From Ginkgo biloba (taxonomy: Eukaryota > Plantae > Ginkgophyta): a stretch of DNA of 18,738 bases. Positions within the stretch are counted from its first letter, which is position 1. Every line of letters starts with the position of its first letter. The notes under the pieces were generated by a model, which saw only the letters and a program-made list of their open reading frames with translations, did no database searches and was not told the origin of the DNA. The stretch is from contig JANKJI020000002.1 in NCBI GenBank assembly GCA_024626585.2, positions 13,215,413 to 13,234,150 of the forward strand, given 5' to 3'. Shown piece after piece: positions 1 to 11,800 of the stretch. The position numbers and the translations under genes are program-made.

Positions 1-1812
1 CTTACCAGCTACCGAATTCCACAAGTCCTTAAAGGACAAAAAAACTTTCATCTTCTATTTCTAGGCAGCATAATTTTTACAATTTAATACTTTGTGAATC
101 ATGCAACATATAACTCTTAAGCCCTTCCATGATTCCCCCGCTGTTTGAATGTCCCTTCTATGCGTGAGGTTTGACTTCAACTGGGTTGGGATACACTCCT
201 TGCAGGTTTTCNNNNNNNNNNNNNNNNNNNNNNNNNNNNNNNNNNNNNNNNNNNNNNNNNNNNNNNNNNNNNNNNNNNTTGCTACTGGACAGTCTTAATC
301 AATTTTAATTTAGCATGGGAAATTAAAAAAGTTTTATTTTAGGGATATAAACCCCATACGACCTCCATGTGACCAAGTTTTCTTCACAATATCAACGTTT
401 TTGACTAAACGGGGCTTAACTTCAAAAAGTGGACTTAAAAACTTATGAAATACAGTTTAATTTCACCAAACTTTAGACTTTGCAAAAAATTAAAAAAATT
501 GCACCTGTGATGGTGTCAATTTTTACACGAAGAATGGTTCTATTCTCCCTCATATGGATTCAAAAATCGATAGCATCGCTAAGTCTATTTCGTCGAGAGG
601 ATCACATTGATATAATTTTTTTTCTTGCCCACTTCTGAAACAAAAAATATCATCAGATAGTCGCTTTGCCTTGCACGCTCAATTTTTGATTTTTTGCAAA
701 TTTTTTAAAATTGTCTTCGAATCGACGAATTTCATCCACGACTTCGAATTCGATCGAAATTTGCACCATCTAGTTCTCTCGGCTTGTTGATCTATGTGTT
801 TTCTTAGTGTGACCTTGTCGTGAGTCTCCCACGTTATTTTTAGTGCTTTTGTGGCGCCCTACCTTGATGGATGTTATTCGCCATCATTTGGTGTTTTACA
901 TTGGTGTGTGGCACATTCTTTCTTCTGTGGCTACAACAATGTTCGCTCCTCCAGTCTCATAGCATTGCGTGCAACCTTTCCAAGCGTAATTCTTGACTCC
1001 TCCGTTCTCTGCCACAAACAGTTTCTCTCCCCTTTAAATCGATTCACAACTGTGGCTACTCTTTCTAATAGAATCCAATGCACATAGTGCCTCACTTCTG
1101 TGACGTCACTTCCTCAGGAACGCAGTCAGCTTTTGTGTTTTCTCCTATNNNNNNNNNNNNNNNNNNNNNNNNNNNNNNNNNNNNNNNNNNNNNNNNNNNN
1201 NNNNNNNNNNNNNNNNNNNNNNNNNNNNNNNNNNNNNNNNNNNNNNNNNNNNNNNNNNNNNNNNNNNNNNNNNNNNNNNNNNNNNNNNNNNNNNNNNNNN
1301 NNNNNNNNNNNNNNNNNNNNNNNNNNNNNNNNNNNNNNNNNNNNNNNNNNNNNNNNNNNNNNNNNNNNNNNNNNNNNNNNNNNNNNNNNNNNNNNNNNNN
1401 NNNNNNNNNNNNNNNNNNNNNNNNNNNNNNNNNNNNNNNNNNNNNNNNNNNNNNNNNNNNNNNNNNNNNNNNNNNNNNNNNNNNNNNNNNNNNNNNNNNN
1501 NNNNNNNNNNNNNNNNNNNNNNNNNNNNNNNNNNNNNNNNNNNNNNNNNNNNNNNNNNNNNNNNNNNNNNNNNNNNNNNNNNNNNNNNNNNNNNNNNNNN
1601 NNNNNNNNNNNNNNNNNNNNNNNNNNNNNNNNNNNNNNNNNNNNNNNNNNNNNNNNNNNNNNNNNNNNNNNNNNNNNNNNNNNNNNNNNNNNNNNNNNNN
1701 NNNNNNNNNNNNNNNNNNNNNNNNNNNNNNNNNNNNNNNNNNNNNNNNNNNNNNNNNNNNNNNNNNNNNNNNATTTCATTATTGTTCCTTACATGGCATA
1801 GTGCAGTGTGGA

Positions 1813-2303
1813 AAAGTGCCAAATGCTTAGACGGGTCGTGGCCATTGTATATGAAATGTGATAATGAGTTATTTGTCTGTAGAAACACTAAACACATTTG
1901 TTTTTCAAAGGCTATTGGTAAATGTCGTACTTGCTCATAACTTCACACGGTGTCGTGTCTTCTCTTGAAAGGGTGGTAGTCGGTGCAATTGTGTTTTGGC
2001 CATTAATTTTTGAGTCTAAAACTTGTAATCTTCCATCATAATTTTGAATAGTTTGCCAAATCTTGTTTAATTTCCTTTAGTGCCTTGTATACTATTGTAG
2101 GGTTGCACAAAGTCTAAAACTTATCTGGGAATACTTCATACATTGAAACCATGATAGGGCTTGGCCTTAGAGGGTGGAAAAGAATTCTCTTCATTTCGTC
2201 ATTGTTCGTTATGTGGCATTGAAAAGTGCCAAATGATCAAATGGATTGTTGTGGCCATTGTATATCAAATGCAATAATGAATTATGTGTCTGTGCAAACA
2301 CTA
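1813..2303. repeat. Diverged ~80-110 bp direct duplication (about 1813-1890 vs 2221-2303)
   Basis: gaaaagtgccaaatg...gtggccattgtata..aaatg..ataatga.ttat.tgtctgt...aaacacta is present twice, ~410 bp apart. Confidence 0.8.
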
Positions 2304-2349
2304 GTATTGTTCCTTCGTGGTGCCCTCAATTGAAAACAACCTCTGTAGT

Positions 2350-2700
2350 TGTTTTGACCTCCATTAAAATTTCCATTGTGTCCTCTATTAAAATTTCGTC
2401 CATGGTTGTATATTTTGCTACCGTTATTGAAATTTCCATTGGTGTTATTGAAATTTCTACCATTGTTATTGAAGTTTTCGCTATTGTTGAAATTTTCGCC
2501 ATTATCATTGGGGTTTTGCCATTATTACGGAATTTTTTGATATTATTGTAATTTCCTCTAGAAGAAATGAAATTTTCATTATTATTTTTGAAGGTTTTAC
2601 ATTGGTTGCTGAAGGTGCCACCAAGATTATCACCATGGAAGTTGCCATTGTTGTTGAAGTTCAAAATTACCACCAAAATTGTTGCCATTGCTTCCATTGG
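2350..2700 (-). repeat. Degenerate ~18-24 bp repeats (ttgaaattt.c..ttg) encoding NFNN/NGNF low-complexity peptide
   Basis: Recurrent gttattgaaatttccatt-like units; the minus strand reads e.g. NFNNNGNFHGDN and NNNNNQMNF. Confidence 0.7.
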
Positions 2701-4091
2701 TGTTGAAGTTGTTACTATTATTTGCAAAACCCGCATTTATTGAAATTGTCGCTTTCGAAGTTTCTCCCACTCATACTCAAAGTGTCATTAATGTTATTAT
2801 TAGTTTGATTATTTTTGCCATTAATTCCACTATCGTTGCTATTGTTCATAGCTGTATTATTTCTTTGCAAGCTTTGAAAATTCATCTGATTATTATTGTT
2901 GTTTGATTGGCTGAAGCCTACAAAAGGATTGAACATACCTCTGACTACATTATTGGAATTGCCAAATACATTGTTCTGGTTACCACAATTATTTGTAGGA
3001 CCACAAAATGTATTGCTCTAGCTATTGTAGTTGTTGCCTTGACTATGGGCAAATTTGCTTTGACTTCCTAATAGGTTGGAGTTGAATCTGAATGTTGTGT
3101 GTTGAATCTATCCATGATTATCATTTGTCGGCAAATTATTGATATTAAGCAAGCCCATTCTGACATTTAATTGCACCTGCAGTGGGTTGCTATCATTTAA
3201 AAAGCTCATTGGGTATACTCTAGGGCCATTATTATTATTGTTTTGCCAGCGTTGGTCTTGGCCACTACTTCCTCCTGTTGGCCAACTATGACGGAAGTTC
3301 ATTGGATGCCATCCTAAAGGTGACTGCTGCTAGGGACTCAGAAACTCAAATGTTGTTAGAGTTGTCATACTTCTATAAAGTGGGATTTACAGTGACAATA
3401 TGGTGTTTGTGATTACTGCTTTTCACTGGCAAGTTCTACCTTGATTTTTTTTATTCTTTTGAACTCAGTTACGTGTTCTACAAGTATGCTTGACAAGAGC
3501 TTGACCTATATAGTGGCAATTATTTTCTTAATGGATATGGTCCTGATTTCAAATACTAGAGGGTCTCCTTCTGCTTTTGTGTTGAGGTTAGGACTTTGCC
3601 ATATTCTTCCTTCTTTTGTCAATTGTGGCATTACTTCCTTTTTGTTATTGNNNNNNNNNNNNNNNNNNNNNNNNNNNNNNNNNNNNNNNNNNNNNNNNNN
3701 NNNNNNNNNNNNNNNNNNNNNNNNNNNNNNNNNNNNNNNNNNNNNNNNNNNNNNNNNNNNNNNNNNNNNNNNNNNNNNNNNNNNNNNNNNNNNNNNNNNN
3801 NNNNNNNNNNNNNNNNNNNNNNNNNNNNNNNNNNNNNNNNNNNNNNNNNNNNNNNNNNNNNNNNNNNNNNNNNNNNNNNNNNNNNNNNNNNNNNNNNNNN
3901 NNNNNNNNNNNNNNNNNNNNNNNNNNNNNNNNNNNNNNNNNNNNNNNNNNNNNNNNNNNNNNNNNNNNNNNNNNNNNNNNNNNNNNNNNNNNNNNNNNNN
4001 NNNNNNNNNNNNNNNNNNNNNNNNNNNNNNNNNNNNNNNNNNNNNNNNNNNNNNNNNNNNNNNNNNNNNNNNNNNNNNNNNNNNNNNNNNN

Positions 4092-5450
4092 AATTTGACA
4101 TGGTTCGATTTTCTTGTACTTTAGCTTGTTACATGTCCCCATTAGAAACCTATCCTTCCTCAAATACAACATGACCAATTGTTTGACTTCAAACTCTTTA
4201 TGTCGATGGGACTGATTCATTATCTCTTTGTATTTGTCATTTCACTTCACAAGCTACTACTTCACTTCTTCATAGACCTACTTTATATGCTCTGCTAATA
4301 CCTCAACATCATCGTTGACCCGTCAATCACTTGAAATCTCCACCATTGTCTTTGGCATCCTTTCATATACAATCTGAAATGGCGATAAACCTGTCAATCT
4401 ATTCACAAAATTATTATACCCAAAATCTGATTGCACCAACACTGTATCTCACTACTTGGGTCTTCTTCGTACCAAGATTTGCAGCAAGTTTTNNNNNNNN
4501 NNNNNNNNNNNNNNNNNNNNNNNNNNNNNNNNNNNNGTGTTACTATACTTCAACTTGGTGTCCAAATTTCTCCACAACATCTACCAGAAGTGACTCAAGA
4601 ACTTATTGTCTCTATCGAAGGTGATGCTCTTTGACAGTCCACGCAATCACACCACTTCGAAAAAAATAAGTCATTTTTCATACTTGTATCATTTGTCTTC
4701 TTGCATGGAATGAAGTGATCCATCTTCGAGAATCAATCAACAACAATGAGGATGGAGTTGTTACCCTTTTGAGTGAATGGAAAACCCAACACGAAACCCA
4801 TGATGATGTCAATCCAAGGTCCTTCTAGAAACAATAATGGCTTGTACAGTGCAACATTCTATGACTGTTCATTGGCCACTTAACATACTCTACACATCTC
4901 CATAAATATTCTTACTTGCCTTCTTAAACCCACCCAATAATATCTCTCCTCGACCATTAACATTGTCAACCAAAGTGTCCTCCCAATCCTCCGCTGTGCA
5001 ATTCTCAAATAATATTTTCTCTTATGAAGTTGCCTGGTATACAAAGTTGCCTTCCCTTGAACAAATATCCATCCTATAAGAAATACTCCCCATATAGCTC
5101 TCCATTGTTTATTGTCAAAATCCTCAAGTATTCCATCACTTAGAAAAAATCCTTATCGATCTCATACATATATTTCACTAACTCAAGCCCAACTATTTCA
5201 TTTATCATTATCATCAGCAAGTATTTTCTCTGGCTTAACACGTCCACCACTTGATTTATATTTCCATACTTATGATTCAATATAAAATAATAAGTCTATA
5301 AGAACTCTACCCATTTTTCATGTTAGGCATTTAGCTTACCTTGAGAATTCAAATACACTAATTCTTGATGATTGGTGTACAACATGAATTCTTTATGTAT
5401 GAGATAATGCTTTTATCACTTAATCACTCTCACTTGATCATATAACCCTT
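4092..5450 (-). mobile_element. Ty3/Gypsy pol remnant (RNase H end plus integrase), CRM/chromovirus-like, pseudogenised
   Basis: Minus strand: KHYLIHKEFMLYTNHQELVYLNSQGK (RNase H, ~5335-5412). NVALYKPLLFLEGPWIDIIMGFVLGFPFTQKGNNSILIVVD*FSKMDHFIPCKK (integrase core start, ~4697-4858). LYLRKDRFLMGTCNKLKYKKIEPCQI (GPY/F-region-like, 4092-4170). Confidence 0.9.
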
Positions 5451-6121
5451 TTCCATATCAATTGTGCCTCCATTTCACTGTTGAAAAAGTCTTGTTATTG
5501 AAATTAGAGAAATTTGCACATTTCCTTAAGTTGCCTTCCTCGTCCAATGATTCTACTTACCTCTGCCAAAACTTAGAAGAATGATGATCAACCCAACCCA
5601 CATTAGTCCAATCCAACCACAGAGAGCACACTGCATCCACTGCCAACACCAATTTTTTAAAAATATTTCTCTCCCCTAAAAAAATTTGGATTTAGACAAT
5701 TACCTTTGAGAAGGTCTCAGGTCACAATTGGAAGGGATAACCTCATCCCTAGGAATTGGCAAGTATGATGGCATAAAACGTTGAATCAATTGGTGCACTC
5801 GAGTATTCAAGTGCAATGTTTGCATACGAGTTTGAAAACTTAACTCCGCTATTTCAGATTGTAAATTCTTAATCTCTTTGGCTCTATCTGTGGCTTCAAT
5901 GCCTGCTTGATGATACTGTTTTTGGGCTCACGATAATTGTTGCACAATCTTTACACATTTCATCTCACTGCTGCCCAATTGGTCCCAAAGGTCATGTTGT
6001 TGGAGTAGAGCACTATATGCCTCAGTAATACAACTGCCAACACAAATGATTGTGTTTTACAAGTACCTCAGAATATTTGTCTGACGACGGGAGGGGACCG
6101 GGCGACGAACGACTATTGACT

Positions 6122-6133
6122 GCTCTGATACAA
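6122..6133 (-). promoter_or_regulatory. LTR retrotransposon primer-binding site (tRNA-iMet type)
   Basis: gctctgatacaa is the reverse complement of TTGTATCAGAGC, one difference from the canonical TGGTATCAGAGC. It abuts a ...CTACATCA LTR-like end. Confidence 0.65.
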
Positions 6134-6701
6134 TGATGTAGCATGGGTGAGGAAATGCTTTTGACTCTGTTGAAATTTTTGTCTGTTTTCTGCTTTTCTG
6201 CCCATTGTCGGTTGGTACCGACGGTGGTCGGTTTCTCAACCTCCACCGATGAAGGCTCCAAGACGCCGGTCGATATTCAACTCATCACTGACAAAGTTCT
6301 CTGCATTCTGGTCTGCCGTCGGTGCAGTCTCCTTGACCGACGAATGTCGGTTCTTCGCCTTTCACACTTTGTCGCTGTCCTCCCTCCTGCCTTCCAGGAT
6401 CTTGTCGATACACAGGACTGTGTTGACGATGTCGGTGAACACCGCTTAGATGCTTGTCGGTCTCTCTCACCGACTACCCGCAGGATCTATTCACATATTC
6501 ACTTGTATGATTTATATAATAACAATTAACTAAAACATTCAAACAAGGAGATATACATTTAGTCCATCGACACAACACATTTTTAACTGTCACGCAAGGA
6601 AATACTTAGACATAGTGACACTGCATATTTTTAACTGGAGAAACCTTCTTGGGGAATAAAACTCCAGATGCATTAAGCTCAATGGCAATTATAACATTAC
6701 A
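6134..6701 (-). mobile_element. Probable 5' LTR (partial, runs into gap), CpG-rich with accgac/gtcggt motifs
   Basis: Begins tgatg on the + strand (CATCA LTR 3' end on minus) next to the PBS. No credible protein; repeated ccgac/gtcgg motifs. Confidence 0.5.
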
Positions 6702-7158
6702 NNNNNNNNNNNNNNNNNNNNNNNNNNNNNNNNNNNNNNNNNNNNNNNNNNNNNNNNNNNNNNNNNNNNNNNNNNNNNNNNNNNNNNNNNNNNNNNNNNN
6801 NTGCTCAGTATTTCTTTGTATCTTTTGGTCTATGTCTACTGTATAGATTGAAAGAACAACTTTAAAACAGAATAACACAAGCATAGCCTTGAAGAAGATC
6901 TGTGTAATGAATCCTAACTAGCATAGCTTGTAGGATTATAGATCATGCTTGCCAAAGTGGCCACATTATATTGCATATGTTGGATGTAGTGTAAGTTATG
7001 ATTTAGCAAGTCCAGAGTGGGGCAAGAGAGACCTCAACATTTGTTCAATTGCTAATACCTCAATTATTGCAAAATGCATGGAGACTGGTGAACCCAGTGA
7101 AGGGGACATTTATGTGAATAATGTGTAGTAACGATCATTCCAAAAAATCAATCATGAT

Positions 7159-7400
7159 TAGGCCACAACCATCACTATCTTCATATAGGACAAGAAATTG
7201 CATTGTATTGTTATTGATGGGCATGTTAGAGTGAATATCATTTTAGAGGACTTTTGGAAATAGTTGGGCAACCTTTCTCTATAACGCCCTTGATTCTAGT
7301 TGTGTATGGTAGATCATAGTTGGGGGATTCCCAAAAGGATTATTGATGGGTGAGGAAGTTCACATTGCAGATCAAAATTTTCAAGTCAATTTTGTGGTCA
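7159..7400 (+). mobile_element. Degenerate retrotransposon aspartic protease (Gypsy)
   Basis: KLHCIVIDGHVRVNIILEDFWK*LG...CMVDHS, then a frameshift, then GLLMGEEVHIADQNFQVNFVV; resembles the LIDGGSGVNI...MAD.S...G......V.I....F.V.FVV pattern. Confidence 0.6.
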
Positions 7401-8065
7401 ATCCTATAACAATCTCGCCTCTTAAACGTACATACTAACAATCTTAAAATCGACAAGAAAGATAAATCATTGGAGAACAGATGCATAAGAAATATTCATT
7501 TATATTAATGACTCAAGTGCTACAAGTACAGTTGCATGCCAGGCTTAAAAGACTAGACCGTTAGGGGCAAAGGTAGACTAGGCAACTCGGGCTAGCTTCC
7601 ACTATTGGCAATCAGGGACCACCTAAAAGGCCCTCTTTGGTTGACAACCAAACTTGCGGTGCATAAATGCTAACCATCAACACCAAGCAACTAAAGACAC
7701 CCTTCTTAATTCTACCCCTTATAGCCAAATAAGAGTAGGTTTGTTTTCAACCTCTCTTTGATACTAGGACTATCTCTCTAATGAGATGCCCATCCCACTA
7801 ACAATACCATGCATGCAACCATAATTAATTGCAAACTAAGTGTGAGAAAGAACCATGTGCACAAAACATATACCAATGCAAGTCAATTTAGATGTATGGC
7901 CCACTATGAGTGCTAGCATAACCCATAACATCGAAGCATCTTTGAGGGTTCTCAGGGTGTTAGCCCTACCCTCACTATCAATAGCCCATGACAAAATTAT
8001 AAATGATCATAAAAGGGCTAGGCTTGTATTGTCCCAAACCAAACATAATGTAATAAATGCAAATC

Positions 8066-8510
8066 CATGTCTAAACCTATTCCTCGGTAGATTCCCTACT
8101 AGAACATGTTGCCACTAAGGCTTGATGTTAGGGTTTAGGACTTGAAATCTGGGGAAACAATAAATACACCAAACCCTAATGTCCTTGTGTTAACCCCTGA
8201 ATCGCACTTAGCAATCCCAGTGTTAATCTGCAGCCAGATTACATCAGGTTGAATTTATNNNNNNNNNNNNNNNNNNNNNNNNNNNNNNNNNNNNNNNNNN
8301 NNNNNNNNNNNNNNNNNNNNNNNNNNNNNNNNNNNNNNNNNNNNNNNNNNNNNNNNNNCCTAATGCAACAAAGTCGAAGGCATGGTTAAACCTATGCCTA
8401 ACAATCCCCTTAGTGGATTCCCTACTAGGACAAGTCGCCTCTAGCACTTGATGCTAGGGTTTATGACATGAAAATTGAAGAAACAATAAATGCACCAAAC
8501 TCTAATGTCC
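8066..8510. repeat. Diverged ~120 bp direct repeat on either side of a gap (about 8066-8184 vs 8381-8510), in LTR-like non-coding sequence
   Basis: gattccctactag..ca...cttgatg.tagggttta.gac.tgaaa...gaaacaataaat.caccaaac.ctaatgtcc occurs twice. Confidence 0.75.
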
Positions 8511-9668
8511 ATTCAAATCCAAAATCAACTATAAACCATACACAACAAGTCTTTCACCAAGAGTGCCCAATTACATAGGGTCTTAATCTACATTCCTAGG
8601 GTAAACTAACCCATATTCATTTATATACAAGCATAAATTCAGATTTAGATTCATTTCCAGTTTTACTTTTAATTTATTGCGATAGAAATAATATGTAGTA
8701 ACCGTGTTGAAAACTAGGGCAAAATTAATGCTTAAAGTTTATGGTGACTTACTAAGTCAAATTGAAAAAAATCTGAAGATGCCTATTGCCTCCTTGGACC
8801 AAAACATTTTAGTTACCACCTTCAAAATTCAAGGACTCTCTTTCTAGGTCAAAGGTGATGTAATGTTAGTGTAGAAACATGCCGCTAGGTACTAGAAAAA
8901 CCATTGACTTCTTCTGGAGCTTTGTGAGGCTCCACCAAGCCATTTTAGACCACCAAAATGCCTCTAATGAGGTTGCATAGCCACAAGGAACAAATTTGAG
9001 CACTTCCCCCCCACAAATGCACATTGCAATGCATAACAAATGCAAATGATCGGTTTAGAAGATGAAAAAAATATCCAATGCCTAAAAATGACTTTCACTA
9101 GTGCAGTCAAGTAGTTAAACACATAAAATGACCCTTGGAATGAAGACGCATTTAGTAGGAAATCATAAGGAGATAAGAGAGATAAAGGTTAATGATTATT
9201 TAAGCCTAGATAACCCCTATGTATGTAAAAAAAAGTACACAAACCCCCACATAGTGCTGAGCTCACTCCTAGGGTTGCCCCAAACCTAAAGAAGCCCTAT
9301 ATGGCACTTCGATCTCTCAAGTCACTCCTTGAAGGGAGGTGTTTGCAAGATATTTGTCCCTTATAAATAATGCAAACTAATGATATGATTCGTTTGGCGA
9401 GAATGAGTGACGACGTGGCATCTATAAAGGACATAGCATAAATAGAAGATGAAATTGAGTCAAAACCACCTTGTAAGGGGCAAAATGACCTTAAGGTAGG
9501 TCCAAACCACCTTGGAAAGGTACAACTACCATAAGGTAGGTCAAAACTATCGTGAGTCAAGNNNNNNNNNNNNNNNNNNNNNNNNNNNNNNNNNNNNNNN
9601 NNNNNNNNNNNNNNNNNNNNNNNNNNNNNNNNNNNNNNNNNNNNNNNNNNNNNNNNNNNNNTTCAACA

Positions 9669-9677
9669 CCCTCCCTT
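9669..9677 (-). promoter_or_regulatory. Polypurine tract (AAGGGAGGG) preceding LTR TG
   Basis: + strand ttcaaca-ccctccctt; same architecture as the Copia PPT/LTR at 14076-14085. Confidence 0.7.
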
Positions 9678-9718
9678 AATGTTAATTAGGGGTTTACACG
9701 AAGAATTGTTGTTGTTTG

Positions 9719-9902
9719 TAGCCTCCGCCCTTTGGACATTCACCCAGCTCTCTTCATTCGTACATCAATATCCAAACTTGCGGTAACTTGGCAACAATGC
9801 AAGTTTCCGTACTACAGCTTTCGCCCTTTGGACTTCTATCCAATTCTCTCCATTCGTGCATCAATATCCAGACTTGTGGCAACTTGGCCACGATGCAAGT
9901 TT
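9719..9902. repeat. Tandem duplication, period 96 bp (2 copies)
   Basis: cgccctttggac at 9726 and 9822; aagttt at 9801 and 9897. Confidence 0.9.
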
Positions 9903-9931
9903 ACTTATTTTAGTTCTTCCAAATTAACACA

Positions 9932-10009
9932 TATCACATTCTATGTCATCAAATCCCATTCAGGCCTTTTGTCAAACAGTTTGCATGCATTCTCTAATCT
10001 TCCACATTT
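9932..10009 (-). pseudogene. Captured PLS-class PPR gene fragment
   Basis: KCGRLENACKLFDKRPEWDLMT*NVI matches the plant PPR consensus KCG.LE.A..LFD.MPERD..SWN.MI. Confidence 0.85.
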
Positions 10010-10155
10010 GAAACTTTCTTTCTTTGAAATGCCTACTATCTTTATCCTTGAGTTCTCTTTCTCTTGTTTCTTCCTCAGAGCTTACCCGGTCAATATTCAA
10101 ATCTATGACCATCCCCATCACCCTTCACTCTTTCACTTGGAGCTTCTATTTCAAT

Positions 10156-10236
10156 CTTTTCCAACCATTGTCTTAATGAACATATACCATAAATAGGATC
10201 ATAGGCTTCTTCTAGGACATGATCAAACCCTGCATC
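10156..10236 (-). pseudogene. Captured HSP101/ClpB C-terminal (D2-small) fragment
   Basis: DAGFDHVLEEAYDPIYGICSLRQWLEK vs the HSP101-type DAALD.IL.ESYDPVYGARPIRRW.EK. Confidence 0.8.
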
Positions 10237-10243
10237 AAACAAT

Positions 10244-10647
10244 TTCTTCACTTTTCTTCTTATTTAATGAGTCCAAAGAACGATTTTCAACACTCAGTTT
10301 TGATTGAGCTTGTTGGGATTCTGATTCTAAGATCATAGCCTCTGTGATATTTCTGCTCTTTGATCTATCAATCTCTTCACAGATGAATGGGTTCTCTCAA
10401 GCTGGCTTTGCAACTCATGTAATTGTCCATCGTTCAAGAAAAGGTCTAATTGACAATCATTCAATGTTTTGAGCACATCCTCCCTTTCTTTATCGCATTC
10501 AGATTCTTTCATCTTCAATGTCTCATAACATTCTTTGTAAGTTGCTTCTAGAGCAGTAAATTTTTTCTTAAACTTCTCTAAAGAACTGCAGGTCTCCTCA
10601 TTGCCAAACTTGGATGCTTGGAATTCTTCCACTATATTTTTCAACAT
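10244..10647 (-). pseudogene. Captured fragment of a plant long coiled-coil protein (At4g38062-like)
   Basis: SSLEKFKKKFTALEATYKECYETLKMKESE...LNDCQLDL...LHELQSQLERTHS, then a frameshift at ~10337, then MILESESQQAQSKL. Resembles the recalled pattern SSL.KL..K...LE..H..C...L..KE.EW...L..C...L. Coiled-coil similarity is inherently less specific. Confidence 0.55.
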
Positions 10648-10933
10648 ATAACCAGTACCAATATTTTATAATGCTTCTCCCATCTCCTCACTAATTTAAT
10701 GTAATAAACTATATTAGTCTCCTTCATGTTGAAGGAGTACTTGATCTGTTTCGGATTCCAAAAGTCCTGATTTCTGTACATTTTTCATGAAGTCCCAAAT
10801 TGCGGTTGAGATTTGGAGAAAAGTAATCAGTTTNNNNNNNNNNNNNNNNNNNNNNNNNNNNNNNNNNNNNNNNNNNNNNNNNNNNNNNNNNNNNNNNNNN
10901 NNNNNNNNNNNNNNNNNNNNNNNNNNNNNNNNN

Positions 10934-11800
10934 ATATCTATAGAATAATGCATGGAAGGACTAGTACAGGATTGGGTAGTAAGATGGTTAGACATAATTA
11001 ATGACATCAAAGACATTTTTATAAGGTTCAAGGATGAATTATGGGGTGAATTTTAAAAATCAAGGATATCCACCTTAAAATAAGAAAATGAATTATGGAA
11101 AAATAAGGTTGTAGAGTATACTATTAAAGAAAATGAAGTAGAAAAGACACATGATAGTGAATAATATGATAATAGGATATTTGAGGATGGACAAGAAGAA
11201 GAGGAAGATGTAACTAAGGCAAGCACAAGATGTAAAAAATAAGAGTCACATTATCAATTAAACCAGGTTCCATTAGACAATTCTCACTAGCAAGGTTTGG
11301 TTCCCCAGGTGTGAAATATATCTGTAAAATCATTATCCTCTAAGAAATAAGAAGATAGTTCACATCAAATGCAATTGGAAACAACATTAGTTAAAGAATA
11401 ATATGAGGAGTGTCAATAGAAGCATTCTAAATACATTGCCTTGATAGGGTTGCTCCAAGGCCACCTCAATACATGAGGGATGAGGAAGAAAAGGGGTATC
11501 TTTTCAAGGAATAACTAGAGTATCAAGAAACCCAAGGAATATATGCTTAAGAAAAAATCACAGAAGATAAAAAGGCTATCAAGAAAACTATAAAACCAGG
11601 ATAAAAATATGAGAAACTTAAGGATCTAAATATGGTGACTATGAGTTATGAAGTCAAGATCAAGGATGGAATAATTGAGGTAAAATATGCCTTACCAATC
11701 AACAATATAAAATATGAAGAAACTTAGAGAGAACTCAATGACCTAATAATCAAACACAAACTCAAATCAAGAATAACTACATACAACTGTAAAAATTTAT
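10934..11800 (+). mobile_element. Decayed gag-like/charged ORF of a retroelement
   Basis: MEGLVQDWVVRWLDIINDIKDIFIRFKDELWGEF (10952 onward) resembles the gag W....W......F...F motif. It continues as E/K-rich frames broken mostly by TAA/TAG. Confidence 0.45.

Larger units (their letters stand above)
1773..3650 (-). mobile_element. Decayed Gypsy-type gag-like region with Asn-rich tract
   Basis: Minus-strand translation gives a gag-like YxGxxDPxxHL motif twice (YNGHDPSKHLALF at ~1812-1850; YNGHNNPFDHLALF at ~2221-2262). It also has a degenerate zinc-knuckle-like PYCHCKSHFIEV* at ~3366-3404 and long Asn/Gly-rich tracts. Many stops and frameshifts. Confidence 0.5.
9662..10833 (-). mobile_element. 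3' internal region of an LTR retroelement carrying captured host-gene fragments, ending in PPT and LTR start
   Basis: The minus strand ends TTAAGGGAGGG|TGTTGAA at the gap (Copia-type PPT plus TG). The upstream sequence is a mosaic of recognisable gene fragments rather than RNase H. Confidence 0.7.

Noticed and set aside
1078-1897. Long ORFs spanning N runs (also at 3441-4220, 6606-6884, 10714-11031, 14169-14414, 16269-16608, 17536-17850)
   Set aside because: Their length is an artefact of N gaps containing no stop codons.
2350-2700. CRISPR-like or prokaryotic repeat array
   Set aside because: Repeats are degenerate and lack unique spacers; the context is eukaryotic.
2246-2906. Hydrophobic + strand ORFs resembling membrane proteins
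   Set aside because: They are the antisense reading of Asn-rich (AAT/AAC) repeats.
8125-8180. tagggttta/aaaccctaa telomere-like motifs
   Set aside because: Isolated single units, common in plant LTRs; not an array.
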